A stretch of DNA of 64,000 bases from Thermoanaerobaculia bacterium (GTDB lineage: Bacteria; Acidobacteriota; Thermoanaerobaculia; Gp7-AA8), in the NCBI GenBank assembly GCA_036261885.1, contig DATAJY010000005.1, forward strand, positions 152,720-216,719, written 5' to 3'. A program made the translations under genes and the position numbers. The notes beneath the pieces were generated by a model. It was not told the origin of the DNA. It did not search any database and saw nothing but the letters and a program-made list of their open reading frames with translations. Of this stretch, positions 35,912 through 45,380 are shown in pieces; the stretch's first letter is position 1, and every line of letters begins with the position of its first letter.

Positions 35912-38431
35912 TCACGCCGTCCCTCCGCAGTTCCGGAGCGCATCGCGCATCGCGGCCGCGCTGGCGAAGCGGTCGCGCGGCGCGCGCCGCAGCGAGGTGA
36001 GGAGCACGTCCGCGAGTGCGGCGGGAACGAGTGGCTGCAGCGTCCGCGGATCGGCGACGTCTTCGCCGAGGATGCGATTCATGGTCAGGACGGCAGTGCC
36101 GGCCGCGAACGGATTCGCGCCGGTCAGCGCTTCGTAGAGCGTCACGCCGATGCTCCAGACGTCCGCCGCCGGGCTCGCCACCTCTCCGATCGCCACCTCC
36201 GGCGCGAGATAACGCGGCGTGCCGGCGATGTTCGTCGTGCCTGTCTCGCGTGCGAACGCGGCCAGCCCGAAGTCGAGCAGCTTCGGGGTGTCGTTTCGAT
36301 CGAAGCCGATGTTCGACGGCTTCACGTCGCGATGCAGCACGCCCGCCGCGTGCGCATGCGCCAGCGCATCGCAGAGCGCGATGCCGATGCGCAGCACTTC
36401 GCCGGCCGCGAGCGGGCCGCGCTCCAGGCGTTCCGCCAGCGTGCCTCCGTCGAGCAGTTCGAAGAGCAGCAGCGGTTGTCCGCGCCAGCTGTCGGCCGCG
36501 TGGATCGTGGCGATCGATGGATGCGACAGCGCCGCTGCCGCGTGAGCCTCCCGTTCGAAGCGCGCGATCGCATCGGCTCCGACGGCCGGCAGCATCTTGA
36601 CGGCGATGTCGCGGCCGAGGGCGAGATCGCGCACCTGATAGACGACGCCCATCGCACCGCTGCCGATACGGCGCTCGAAGCGGAACTTCGCATGCAGCAC
36701 GTGCGGGACGTTCGCCGCAACGAGCGGCATGTCGTCCTGCGCGCAGCGTGTGGCGGCGAGCGGGTCGGTCACCCGCGCGCACGCGGGACAGATCCGCGCG
36801 AGCTCGGGATCGTCGAGGACGACGGGCGCCGGTCTCGCCTCGCGCAATCGAATGGTCTCGAGCGCGAGGGCGGTCGCGCTGCCGATCGTGCCCGCCAGCA
36901 GGCGATCGTTCTCATCGAACGGCAGGCCGCTCATCTTCTCTCCCGCCGCGAGCACCGCGGAGCCGGCCGGCACGAGCAGCCGGATCTGACGCTGTTCGAG
37001 CCACTGGCGTTCGATCGTCGAGAGTGTGGCCAGGAACCGCGCATCGACGTCGGCGATCGCGTCGATCGTGCTCATGCGCCACGAGGGTTCAGGCGTGACC
37101 AGCGTCGCCGATTCGAGTCGCAGCGCCGCGGTCAGCGTTTCGGCGACGTCGCGGGCGAGTGCCTCCGTGGTGGTCACGGAGTGCACGCGCTGTGTGAAGT
37201 CGTGCAGTACGCGCCGCGCGTCGGCCGTGTCGCGGAGAAACGTGCGCTCCAGCGATCTGCGCGCGAGGCGTGCGAGCGCGATCAGCGCGATCGCGAGCAG
37301 CGCGAGGAAGCTGCGCGTCACGAGCAGCACTGCCACGACGACCAGCATCACCGCCAGCAGCGTGCGATCGGCGACGGCGAAGACGACCGCGCGGCGGGTG
37401 AGAACGCCGGCACGTTCGACGCGGCGTGCCAGCAGCGCGTAGGCGAGGGAGAGCGGAACGAGCAGCAGCGGCAACAGCAGCAACGCCATGAGCTCGCGCG
37501 GCATCGCCAGCCGTGACGTGACGGCGAGCGAGAGGAACTGCACGAGCATGCCGGCCAGCGGAATGCCGATGCCGAGGAGCAGGCCGAGGGCGACGAGGCG
37601 CGCGCGGTCGCGCATCTCGGCGGCCCCCCGCGTGCGCAGTTGCCGTACGACGAGCAGCAGCGCGGCCACGACGGTCGCGAGATACGGCACGCTCTGCAGC
37701 AGCGCACCTTCGACGAGCGAGGCGATCGCGGTGGCGCCGGGAACGCGATCGAACAGCACACCGATCTGCGACCACGCGAAAAGAATCGACCGCGCGATGG
37801 CGAGGAACGATACGGCGCCGAGAATCGCGCGCATCACGCGGCCGATCGGCAGCGCGTGCGGCAGATCGGCCGCGAGGAGCAGCAGGTAGCGGCACCAGAG
37901 CGCGGCCGGCACGAGCGCGTAGAGCACGATGATCGCGTCGCGCAGTGCGCGCGAGTCGATGAGCACGAGGTTCGGCTCGAGAAACCCGAAGCCGAGCGTC
38001 GCGCCGGCGCCGGCGAGAAAGCCTCCCGCGTGCAGCGCCGCGCGATTCTGTCCCGCGAGGCCGAGGGCCAGGCCGGCCACGAGCGAGACGAGCGCGAGCA
38101 ACGCGAGCACCGCGCGACGCACGAGCGTGGCGCGGTCGGCGGCGACGTTGCGCACCGGGCCGCGCACGATGCGTCCGTCGCGCAGCCGATAGGCGATCTC
38201 GCTTCCTACCGGCGCATTGCGAAATCGCCGTCGGGCCTCCGGCGACGCCGCCGCGACGAACGGCGCATTGCCGAAACGAATGGCCACGACGCCCGCGTCG
38301 CGCGCGGGAAACGGCAGCGGATGCACGCGCATCGTGGCGATCGTGCCGATGGCCATCGGTGCGAGCGGCAGCACCACGAGCGCACAGCAGATGCAGAACA
38401 GCCGAATGACTGCAGGCCGCAGGGAAGTCAT
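35912..38431 (-). CDS. membrane-anchored Ser/Thr protein kinase with large N-terminal multi-TM sensor region (840 aa)
   Basis: Internal ATG at 38431 ('MTSLRPAVIRLFCICCALVVLPLA...'), then ~8 TM helices. C-terminal Hanks kinase 'GSGAMGVVYQV', 'AVKML', 'HRDVKPSNIGF', 'DFGLA' and 'GTPRYLAPE'. The upstream 218 codons in the ORF track are Ser/Arg-rich junk. Confidence 0.7.
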   Translation of the reverse strand: MTSLRPAVIRLFCICCALVVLPLAPMAIGTIATMRVHPLPFPARDAGVVAIRFGNAPFVAAASPEARRRFRNAPVGSEIAYRLRDGRIVRGPVRNVAADRATLVRRAVLALLALVSLVAGLALGLAGQNRAALHAGGFLAGAGATLGFGFLEPNLVLIDSRALRDAIIVLYALVPAALWCRYLLLLAADLPHALPIGRVMRAILGAVSFLAIARSILFAWSQIGVLFDRVPGATAIASLVEGALLQSVPYLATVVAALLLVVRQLRTRGAAEMRDRARLVALGLLLGIGIPLAGMLVQFLSLAVTSRLAMPRELMALLLLPLLLVPLSLAYALLARRVERAGVLTRRAVVFAVADRTLLAVMLVVVAVLLVTRSFLALLAIALIALARLARRSLERTFLRDTADARRVLHDFTQRVHSVTTTEALARDVAETLTAALRLESATLVTPEPSWRMSTIDAIADVDARFLATLSTIERQWLEQRQIRLLVPAGSAVLAAGEKMSGLPFDENDRLLAGTIGSATALALETIRLREARPAPVVLDDPELARICPACARVTDPLAATRCAQDDMPLVAANVPHVLHAKFRFERRIGSGAMGVVYQVRDLALGRDIAVKMLPAVGADAIARFEREAHAAAALSHPSIATIHAADSWRGQPLLLFELLDGGTLAERLERGPLAAGEVLRIGIALCDALAHAHAAGVLHRDVKPSNIGFDRNDTPKLLDFGLAAFARETGTTNIAGTPRYLAPEVAIGEVASPAADVWSIGVTLYEALTGANPFAAGTAVLTMNRILGEDVADPRTLQPLVPAALADVLLTSLRRAPRDRFASAAAMRDALRNCGGTA

Positions 38432-38475
38432 TTGTGCTGGAATTGAAATGCTGCTTTCTATACTAGCTGCCTTCA
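38432..38475. promoter_or_regulatory. AT-rich divergent promoter region between the kinase and LuxR genes
   Basis: 'tttgtgctggaattgaaatgctgctttctatactagctgcct' is ~40% GC, sharply below background, and is flanked by two divergent start codons. Confidence 0.35.
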
Positions 38476-39194
38476 TGAGATTGGACGCGCTCCGTCGTTT
38501 GTGGGAACGGCTTCGTGCGAGCGGCGGCAGCGCGCACGTGCTCGACAGTGACTCATTCACCGAAAGCGAGCGCGCCGTCGGGCGGATGGTGCTGCCGCTC
38601 ATCGCCGATCTCGAGAGCGCGCGGCAGACCATCGCCGATCTCACGGAGAAGGCGCTGGCCATCGATGCGCTGCTGCGTCTCGTCCCTTCCGCCGCGCTCG
38701 TCGTCGACGAACAGGGACGGCTGTTCTCCTCCAACGATGCGGCCAAGGCGCTCTTCGGCGGTCCGGCCATTCCGCTGTCGATCGTCGAGGTCGCGTCGCG
38801 CGCGTTGCGTTCCGGAGAAGAACGCGAATGCGATGCTGTCGCGCACCCGCGCCGCTCCGGCAGTTCGCTGCGCGTCGTGCCGGCGGACGTGGAACGGCGC
38901 GAGTCCGGACCCGGCGTCGTGTTTCTGGTCGCACCGGAAGGAGACGGCGGCGTCGATGAAGACGAAGTGGCGCAGCGTCTGCGGCTGACTCCGATGCAGG
39001 CCCGCGTGGTCTCGCTCGTCGCGCGCGGACTCTCGAATCGCGAAGTGGGCGAGCGCCTCGGTCTGTCGATCGAGACCGTGCGCAAACATCTCGCCGCCGC
39101 GTATCAGAAGACCGGCGTTCCCAATCGCGCCGGTGTCGTTGCGCTCGCCTATGGCGCGCGCTTCGGCGCGCGTCCGCCGCTCGATCTGATGTAA
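38476..39194 (+). CDS. LuxR-family transcriptional regulator (239 aa)
   Basis: C-terminal HTH 'LTPMQARVVSLVARGLSNREVGERLGLSIETVRKHLAAAYQKTGV'. ATG at 38476 ('MRLDALRRLWERL...'). Confidence 0.7.
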
Positions 39195-39262
39195 CCCGCT
39201 CGGGTGATGTCGCACGCTCGCGCGAACGCGACACTCCTCGCATCAACAAAACGGAGGCAGAG
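39189..39262 (+). promoter_or_regulatory. conserved intergenic element, copy 1 (palindrome ACCCGCTCGGGT plus conserved RBS-proximal block)
   Basis: 'taacccgctcgggtgatgt...gcatcaacaaaacggagg' sits immediately after the LuxR stop. A near-identical element follows the next gene. Confidence 0.5.
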
Positions 39263-39877
39263 ATGAGAAGACCGAATACGACCAGTCTGGAGTTTTTACG
39301 AAGCGAAGCCGGAGCACGGCTCACCCGTGCACTCGTCGGGCAATACATCGATTCCGCGAGCCTGTCCGCCGACACCTGGTGCAAGGAGGCGTCGGCGCAG
39401 CAGCGATTCGACTGGCTGCTCAACGATTTTCTGGCCGTGCTCGAGACGAGAGGCGTTCCGTATCCGCTCACGTTCCGCGGCGATCTGGAAGGCGTCTACT
39501 CCGAGCGCTACTTCGATCTCTATCCGCCGGACGAGAAGGATGCGTGTCCGTACTACCTGATCCTCATCGCCGTCAGCCGCATCCTCGCGGAGCTGACCAT
39601 CAACGTCTGGAAGCTCGAGCGGGGAGAGCTGGGGGAGTACCCGAAGCCGAAGCCCGATCGCGTCTTCTCGTTTCTGCATCTGCAGTGGGCGCGCGAAGCC
39701 TTCGGCTGGTGGGCCGCGAACCTCGCGCATCTCGTGTACGACCTGAAGTATCCGCCTCCCTGCGCGGAACAGAATCCGATCCGGCTGGCCATGCTCGAAA
39801 ACCTCGACGACGCCACGAAACGCGAGCTGGTGGTGCTCAAGCCGGTGGAACTGGAGAGCGGTTGCCCGGTCTGCTAA
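39263..39877 (+). CDS. hypothetical protein (204 aa)
   Basis: ATG at 39263 with GGAGG RBS. No recognisable motif. Ends '...ESGCPVC'. Confidence 0.5.
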   Translation: MRRPNTTSLEFLRSEAGARLTRALVGQYIDSASLSADTWCKEASAQQRFDWLLNDFLAVLETRGVPYPLTFRGDLEGVYSERYFDLYPPDEKDACPYYLILIAVSRILAELTINVWKLERGELGEYPKPKPDRVFSFLHLQWAREAFGWWAANLAHLVYDLKYPPPCAEQNPIRLAMLENLDDATKRELVVLKPVELESGCPVC

Positions 39878-39950
39878 CCCGATCGGGTGATGTGGCCCGC
39901 CTCCCTGCGGCGCACATTGCGCGCATCACCAACGACGAAGGAGATGCGTA
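39873..39950 (+). promoter_or_regulatory. conserved intergenic element, copy 2 (perfect palindrome ACCCGATCGGGT)
   Basis: 'taacccgatcgggtgatgt...gcatcaccaacgacgaaggag' matches copy 1 at both ends, with the same placement relative to the flanking stop and start codons. Confidence 0.5.
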
Positions 39951-40751
39951 ATGACGACACTGAGTGAGTTCCAGGAACAGATTCTCATGCACCCCGACGT
40001 GACGCTGTACGGCCCGAGCCACGAGAAGTACGCGCACTTCGCGCTCAAGCACAACTGGGCGACGTTCGGCATCTCGAACGAAGTCTTTCCCGGCGTGCGC
40101 GCCGGCGAACCGCTGCCGGCGCGCAGCGACAACGACGTGCAGTGGGTCTGGCCGCACGAGATCGTTTCGTTCCTCTGGAACGTGCCGGGAGGATTTCTCC
40201 CGGTGCTGGCCAGCGCGCCGAAAGCGGTCTACGAGTTCTTCCGCGCCGTGATCGACAACGGCGGGCTGTCGCAGGAGACGGCGCGGCAGTTCGTCCGCAA
40301 CGACATCGGTTCGTGGCGGCAGTTCTTCGCCACCCTCGGCAGCGACCACCGCTTCATCGACCTGCGGCCGGACTGGGCGAAATGGTGCCGCTACTTCGGC
40401 GGCGTCGGTCCGATGCCGTCCACCGCGCAGCGGATGGATGTCGCCGAGCTCGACGATCCGCGCATTCGCGAGCTCGTCGCGCTCATCGCCCTCGGCCTCG
40501 GCATCGTCGTCGCCGCGACCGTCAGTGCCATCGGAATGATCATCACCGTCATCGGCACGGCCGTGACCATCGCGGTCGCGTTCCCGCCCGCCGCACCGGC
40601 GATGATCGTGATCAGCGTCTGCCTGATCGTGCTGGCCGGCATCGGCTGGGCGCTGTCGGTGGCACTGGCCATCATCTACATGGCCGTGCAGGGATCGCTG
40701 ATCTTCAATCCGGGAACGGAGCTCGCCGAGGTGCAGGCCCTGGCGTCGTGA
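39951..40751 (+). CDS. hypothetical protein with C-terminal small-residue-rich TM helices (266 aa)
   Basis: ATG at 39951. Soluble N-domain, then 'LVALIALGLGIVVAATVSAIGMIITVIGTAVTIAVAF...VISVCLIVLAGIGWALSVALAIIYMAV'. Confidence 0.5.
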   Translation: MTTLSEFQEQILMHPDVTLYGPSHEKYAHFALKHNWATFGISNEVFPGVRAGEPLPARSDNDVQWVWPHEIVSFLWNVPGGFLPVLASAPKAVYEFFRAVIDNGGLSQETARQFVRNDIGSWRQFFATLGSDHRFIDLRPDWAKWCRYFGGVGPMPSTAQRMDVAELDDPRIRELVALIALGLGIVVAATVSAIGMIITVIGTAVTIAVAFPPAAPAMIVISVCLIVLAGIGWALSVALAIIYMAVQGSLIFNPGTELAEVQALAS

Positions 40752-40806
40752 TGATCCGGAACGCGTGGAGTGGTGGGCCGCTCCACGCGTTTCCTTTCGC
40801 TCGCGG

Positions 40807-41460
40807 TCACCGCGCCGAGATCTCCTCCATCACCCGCGCCACGACGCGATCGCAGCGCGACGCACCGAAACTGAAGATGCTGTGCAGTCCTGCGCCGGCG
40901 CGCCGATCGACCGCGTCGCGCAGCATCGTGCGTGCGCGATGCAGGCGCGTCTTCACGACGTCGGCGCTCACCTCGAGACACGCCGCCGTCTCCTCGGTGC
41001 TCAACCCTTCCACCTCGCGAAGCAGCAGCACGGAACGGTAAGCCTCCGGAAGCGCCGCCACTTCTGCTTCGACGTGATGCATCAGATCGGCGGCAACCGC
41101 GCGCGTTTCCGGATCGGGACCGGGCTCTGGAAAGTTGGTCATCTCTTCCTCGATGGGGGAATGCGCGGATTTCCTGTTTCTCGCGGAAGCTTCGCGCAAC
41201 GCGATCTTCGTCAGCCACGTGGCGAAGCTCGCGCGTCCTTCGAATTGATGGAGGTGGCGATACGCATTCACGTACGCCTGCTGCATGACATCCTCCGCAT
41301 CGGCGTCATTGCGGAGCACGGCCCGCACCGCGCGGTAGATGCGCTGGTTGTAGCGCCGCAGCAGCAGCTCGAACAACTCGCGCTCGCCCGCCACCACCCG
41401 CCGGACCACTTCGTCATCGGTGAGCTCCATCGGGCGCGCGGCAACCTCGGCAATGGTCAT
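40807..41460 (-). CDS. ECF-type sigma-70 factor with short C-terminal extension (217 aa)
   Basis: 'ELFELLLRRYNQRIYRAVRAVL', 'FATWLTKIALREA' (region 2) and 'GLSTEETAACLEVSADVVKTRLHRARTML' (region 4). ATG at 41460 with AAGGA upstream. Confidence 0.7.
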   Translation of the reverse strand: MTIAEVAARPMELTDDEVVRRVVAGERELFELLLRRYNQRIYRAVRAVLRNDADAEDVMQQAYVNAYRHLHQFEGRASFATWLTKIALREASARNRKSAHSPIEEEMTNFPEPGPDPETRAVAADLMHHVEAEVAALPEAYRSVLLLREVEGLSTEETAACLEVSADVVKTRLHRARTMLRDAVDRRAGAGLHSIFSFGASRCDRVVARVMEEISAR

Positions 41461-41576
41461 GAGTGATTCTCGTCCTTTCTGCATTAGAGGGCCCGGACCG
41501 CGCCGGGGTGACAACGAAATTGCGGTGTCACCGATTGCCGGTGCGCTCGCTCTAATCGGGAAAGGAGACAGCACAC

Positions 41577-41978
41577 ATGAATCCACAACTCGAACTTCCG
41601 TTCCGTGCCCTGCGCATCGGCCTCGGCGCGGGCGCCTTTCTCGCCGGCCTCGACAAATTCTTCAACCTTCTGACGCAGTGGGAGTCGTACCTCAGTCCGC
41701 TGGTCACGAACCTGATTCCACTCACGCCCGCCACGTTCATGCGCATCGTCGGCGTGATCGAAATGATCGCCGGCCTCGTCGTGCTGGCCGGTCTCACGCG
41801 CCTCGGCGGCTACGTCATCGCCGCCTGGCTCGTCCTCATCGCTCTCAGCCTCGTGACCACCGGCAGGTTCTTCGACGTTGCCGTCCGCGACGTCGAGATG
41901 GCCATCGCCGCCTTCACTCTGGCCCGCCTCAGCGAGGCGCGCGAACGCGTTCCGCAGAGAGTCGCGGCTCCGGCGTAA
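41577..41978 (+). CDS. DoxX-family membrane protein (133 aa)
   Basis: AAAGGAG RBS. Four hydrophobic helices ('RIGLGAGAFLAGLDKFFN', 'MRIVGVIEMIAGLVVLAG') typical of DoxX. Confidence 0.65.
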   Translation: MNPQLELPFRALRIGLGAGAFLAGLDKFFNLLTQWESYLSPLVTNLIPLTPATFMRIVGVIEMIAGLVVLAGLTRLGGYVIAAWLVLIALSLVTTGRFFDVAVRDVEMAIAAFTLARLSEARERVPQRVAAPA

Positions 41979-42026
41979 TCGGGACGGCTGCATCGACTTT
42001 CGCTTGACCGAGGTACACCATTTCGC

Positions 42027-43574
42027 ATGACAGAGCCGAACAGCACTCGCGATCTGCAGGAAGGCGTGCCCGTGAATGAGCTCGCCGATGGCGGCATGCT
42101 CGCCGGCCGCGTTGGTGAGGACGACGTTCTCCTTGCACGGCGCGGCGACGAGTTCTTCGCGCTCGATGCATTCTGCACGCACTATCACGGGCCACTCGCG
42201 GAGGGAGCGCTGGTCGGCGAGGCGGTTCATTGCCCATGGCATCACGCCTGTTTCGATCTTCGCTCCGGAAGTGCGATTGGTGCGCCGGCGATGCGTCCCC
42301 TGCGCACCTGGCGCACCGAGAGAACGGATGGTGTGGTGCGCGTGCTTCCGAACCCGGTGGTCGTGCATGCGCCCGCGGCGGCATCCGATCCGACGCATGT
42401 CGTGATCGTCGGCGCGGGCGCCGCAGGATCGTTTGCCGCATCGGAGTTGCGCCGGATCGGTTTCGGCGGGCGAGTGACGCTTCTCACGCGTGAGGATCGT
42501 CTGCCGTACGACAAGCCGAATCTTTCGAAGGACTATCTCGCCGGGCGTGCGCCGCAGGAGTGGATTCCTCTCCGGTCGGAGGGGGAGTACGCGGAAGATC
42601 GCGTCGAACTGCGGCTGCGCGCGAATGTCGAACGGATCGATCGTGCTCGGCACGTCGTCGCGTTGTCGGGCGGCGAGACGATCCGATACGACCGGCTCAT
42701 TCTCGCCACCGGTGCGCAGCCACGACGGCTCGAACTCCCGACGGCGCCGGAGGCGCGCGTCTCTTATCTGCGGACGTGGGGTGATGCGGATGCGGTGCTC
42801 GCGATCGCCGGATCGGTTCGACGCGTCGTCGTCATCGGCACGAGCTTCATCGGTCTCGAGGTTGCGGCCTCTCTGCGCGAACGTGGGCTGGAGGTGACGG
42901 TGGTCGGTCCCGCCGAACGGCCGCTCGCGGCGATGGGACAGGAGGTGGGTGACTTCGTGCGCAGCGTTCACGAATCGCGCGGCGTCCGATTCCGTCTCGG
43001 CCGCCGTCCCACCGCGGTGCGCGGCGATGGCGTCGTTCTCGACGACGGCAGCGTCGAACCTTGCGATTTCGTCGTCGCAGGGATCGGCGTCACCCCCGAC
43101 CTCGCACTGGCCGAGCGCGCAGGCCTGACGATCGATCGCGGCATCGTCGTCGATGCACACCTGCAAACCGACGATGCCGACATCTTCGCCTGCGGCGACG
43201 CCGCCCGATTTCCACTCGCGCGTACCGGCCAGTCGATTCGCGTGGAGCACTGGGCCGCCGCCGCGAAGCAGGGACAACTCGCCGCGCGCAACGCCGCCGG
43301 CCGTCGCGACCGCTTCACGACGGTGCCGTTCTTCTGGAGTCAGCATTACGACCTCGTGCTCTCCTACGTCGGCTACACGGAGCACGTCGACGACGTCGAA
43401 ATTTTCGGCTCACTCGCCAAGCACGACGCCGCGATCCTCTACCGCGATGCAAACCGCATCGCCGCCGTCGCCACACTCTTCCGCGACGACATCAGCCTCG
43501 CCGTCGAAACGGCAATGGAGCAAAACGCCGCCGACACCACGATTCTCGACATCGTGCGTCGCGGTTTTCGGTAA
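42027..43574 (+). CDS. Rieske [2Fe-2S] domain fused to FAD/NAD(P)H-dependent ferredoxin-reductase-type oxidoreductase (515 aa)
   Basis: Rieske ligands 'CTHYHGPL' and 'CPWHHACF'. FAD Rossmann 'VVIVGAGAAGSFAAS' and NAD 'VVVIGTSFIGLEVAAS'. Confidence 0.75.
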   Translation: MTEPNSTRDLQEGVPVNELADGGMLAGRVGEDDVLLARRGDEFFALDAFCTHYHGPLAEGALVGEAVHCPWHHACFDLRSGSAIGAPAMRPLRTWRTERTDGVVRVLPNPVVVHAPAAASDPTHVVIVGAGAAGSFAASELRRIGFGGRVTLLTREDRLPYDKPNLSKDYLAGRAPQEWIPLRSEGEYAEDRVELRLRANVERIDRARHVVALSGGETIRYDRLILATGAQPRRLELPTAPEARVSYLRTWGDADAVLAIAGSVRRVVVIGTSFIGLEVAASLRERGLEVTVVGPAERPLAAMGQEVGDFVRSVHESRGVRFRLGRRPTAVRGDGVVLDDGSVEPCDFVVAGIGVTPDLALAERAGLTIDRGIVVDAHLQTDDADIFACGDAARFPLARTGQSIRVEHWAAAAKQGQLAARNAAGRRDRFTTVPFFWSQHYDLVLSYVGYTEHVDDVEIFGSLAKHDAAILYRDANRIAAVATLFRDDISLAVETAMEQNAADTTILDIVRRGFR

Positions 43575-43644
43575 AGGGCGCAGGTGAAGCGCGGTCATTG
43601 AGCGGCTGCGTGGACCGAACCCCCTTCGGCCGTGATCGTGGAGC

Positions 43645-43666
43645 GCCGAAGCGGGCTTCGGTTTTT
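43645..43666 (+). terminator. rho-independent terminator downstream of the Rieske-reductase gene
   Basis: Hairpin 'gccgaagcgggcttcgg' directly followed by TTTTT. Confidence 0.6.
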
Positions 43667-43783
43667 CCCGATGTGCTGCTTTGATTCCCTCCCGCCCGGT
43701 GCTCGTTGCTTTCTTCCTTCCATCCGTGCTTTAGTGCGTTCCGGTCCCGCTCACAATTCAAGAATCGAAAAAGGGAGGCATCC

Positions 43784-45373
43784 ATGAGACCTCGGTTGAG
43801 GACGATCGTCCTGGCGATCCTCGTCACGGCCATTTCCGTTCCGTTGTTCGCGCAGCAGCAGGGTGTGCGCATGAACTGGCAGACGTTCATCCAGGATCCG
43901 GCGCGCGTGCAGAGTCTGCGCAACGCCGTTGCGGTGATGAAATCGCGCAACAGCGCCGATCCGAAGAGCGCCGTGTATCGGACCAGCTGGGAGTACTGGG
44001 GGGCCATGCACGGCTACTTCGGTCCCGGCTCGGTCTTCGGCACCGTCGAGCAGGCCATCGCGCAGTACAACTCCAGCGGCGGCGATCCGCTGCTCCTTCC
44101 GCTGTACAACGGCATCAAGGACACGGCGCCGCCCGACGCGATCGCGCAGCAGGTATGGGGCCAGTGCCAGCACGGCACGCCTTGGTTCTTCGCGTGGCAT
44201 CGCCTCTACCTCTACTACTTCGAACAGGTGCTGCAGAAGGCGGCCAACGATCCGAATCTCCGCCTGCCGTACTGGGACTACACCGATCCGGCCAATCTGG
44301 CGATGCCGGCGCCGTACAGCACGCCGACGTATTTCGACGGCCAGGGCCACATCGAGGCCAATGCGCTCAACGAGCCGCGGCGCACGCCCGGCTGGAACCC
44401 GCCCGGCGGCAACCTGCTCGACGCGACGTCGACGAACATCAATGACGCGCTGAAGGACAAGACCTTCTTCGACACTCCGACCGGCACCGGCTACCAGAGC
44501 GACATCGAAGGGAATGTACACGGATATGTGCACTGCACCGTGGTGCCGTGTCCCGGGCCGGACATGGGCGCGGTCGGCTACTCCGCGAACGATCCGATCT
44601 TCTGGGCGCATCACGCGAACATCGATCGCATGTGGGACTGCTGGACGAGTCTCGGCAACAAGAACCCGACCGATGCGTCGTATCTGAACAAGACCTTCTC
44701 GTTCGTCGACGCCGACGGCAACCTGGTCACGAATGCGGTGGCCGATCTGTTCAACGGCAAGATCAAGTTCACCTACGTCTACCAGCAGGCCAGCAACTGC
44801 GCGCGTCCGGTCACGACGCTCGAAGCGGTGCCGGCGCCGTCGGCGAATCTCTCGCCGAGCGCGCTGGAAGCGGCGCGCACGAAACTCGCCGAGCCGGCCG
44901 TGCTCGCGGCGGTGAAGAATCACGTGATCAACGCGGAAGTGACGCGCAGGAAGCTGACGCTCGCGGGCGGGCAGCTGGAATCGGTCCGCTCGGTGGCGGT
45001 GCGCGGCAACGACGCCCTGCCGGTCGAGACCGAGCTCGTGCTGCGCAACATCCAGTTCGACTCGCATCCCGGCTCGCAGTTCAACGTCATTCTCGAACGG
45101 CGCGACGATGCGACGAAACGCGTTCGCGTCGGCACGCTGAGCTTCTTCGTTTCGACGAACCCGCACGAAGGGCACAGCGGCGCGATCAACCGCACGTTCG
45201 ACGTCACGGATGAGCTGCGCCAGATCGGCGCGTCGTCCGCCGATCTCAAGGACCTCAACGTCGTCTTCGAGGCGACGACCGGACGCGCGGGCGCGACCGA
45301 GTCGTCCTTCGACGCGAACGACGCGAAGGTCACGATCGGCGAGATCGAGCTGCGCGTGAAGGCAACGGAGTAA
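43784..45373 (+). CDS. secreted tyrosinase / type-3 copper polyphenol oxidase with C-terminal lid-like domain (529 aa)
   Basis: AAGGGAGG RBS and signal peptide 'MRPRLRTIVLAILVTAISVPLFAQQ'. CuA 'HGTPWFFAWHRLYLYYFEQV'. CuB 'HGYVH' with 'FWAHHANIDRMW'. Confidence 0.8.
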   Translation: MRPRLRTIVLAILVTAISVPLFAQQQGVRMNWQTFIQDPARVQSLRNAVAVMKSRNSADPKSAVYRTSWEYWGAMHGYFGPGSVFGTVEQAIAQYNSSGGDPLLLPLYNGIKDTAPPDAIAQQVWGQCQHGTPWFFAWHRLYLYYFEQVLQKAANDPNLRLPYWDYTDPANLAMPAPYSTPTYFDGQGHIEANALNEPRRTPGWNPPGGNLLDATSTNINDALKDKTFFDTPTGTGYQSDIEGNVHGYVHCTVVPCPGPDMGAVGYSANDPIFWAHHANIDRMWDCWTSLGNKNPTDASYLNKTFSFVDADGNLVTNAVADLFNGKIKFTYVYQQASNCARPVTTLEAVPAPSANLSPSALEAARTKLAEPAVLAAVKNHVINAEVTRRKLTLAGGQLESVRSVAVRGNDALPVETELVLRNIQFDSHPGSQFNVILERRDDATKRVRVGTLSFFVSTNPHEGHSGAINRTFDVTDELRQIGASSADLKDLNVVFEATTGRAGATESSFDANDAKVTIGEIELRVKATE

Positions 45374-45380
45374 CGGCTGA

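Noticed and set aside
38432-39085. Upstream extension of the kinase ORF (35912..39085) and the corresponding extension of the LuxR ORF (38217..38475).
   Set aside because: Both extensions are Ser/Arg-rich with no features. The real starts flank a 45-bp AT-rich divergent promoter, and the kinase's TM region begins right at the internal ATG.
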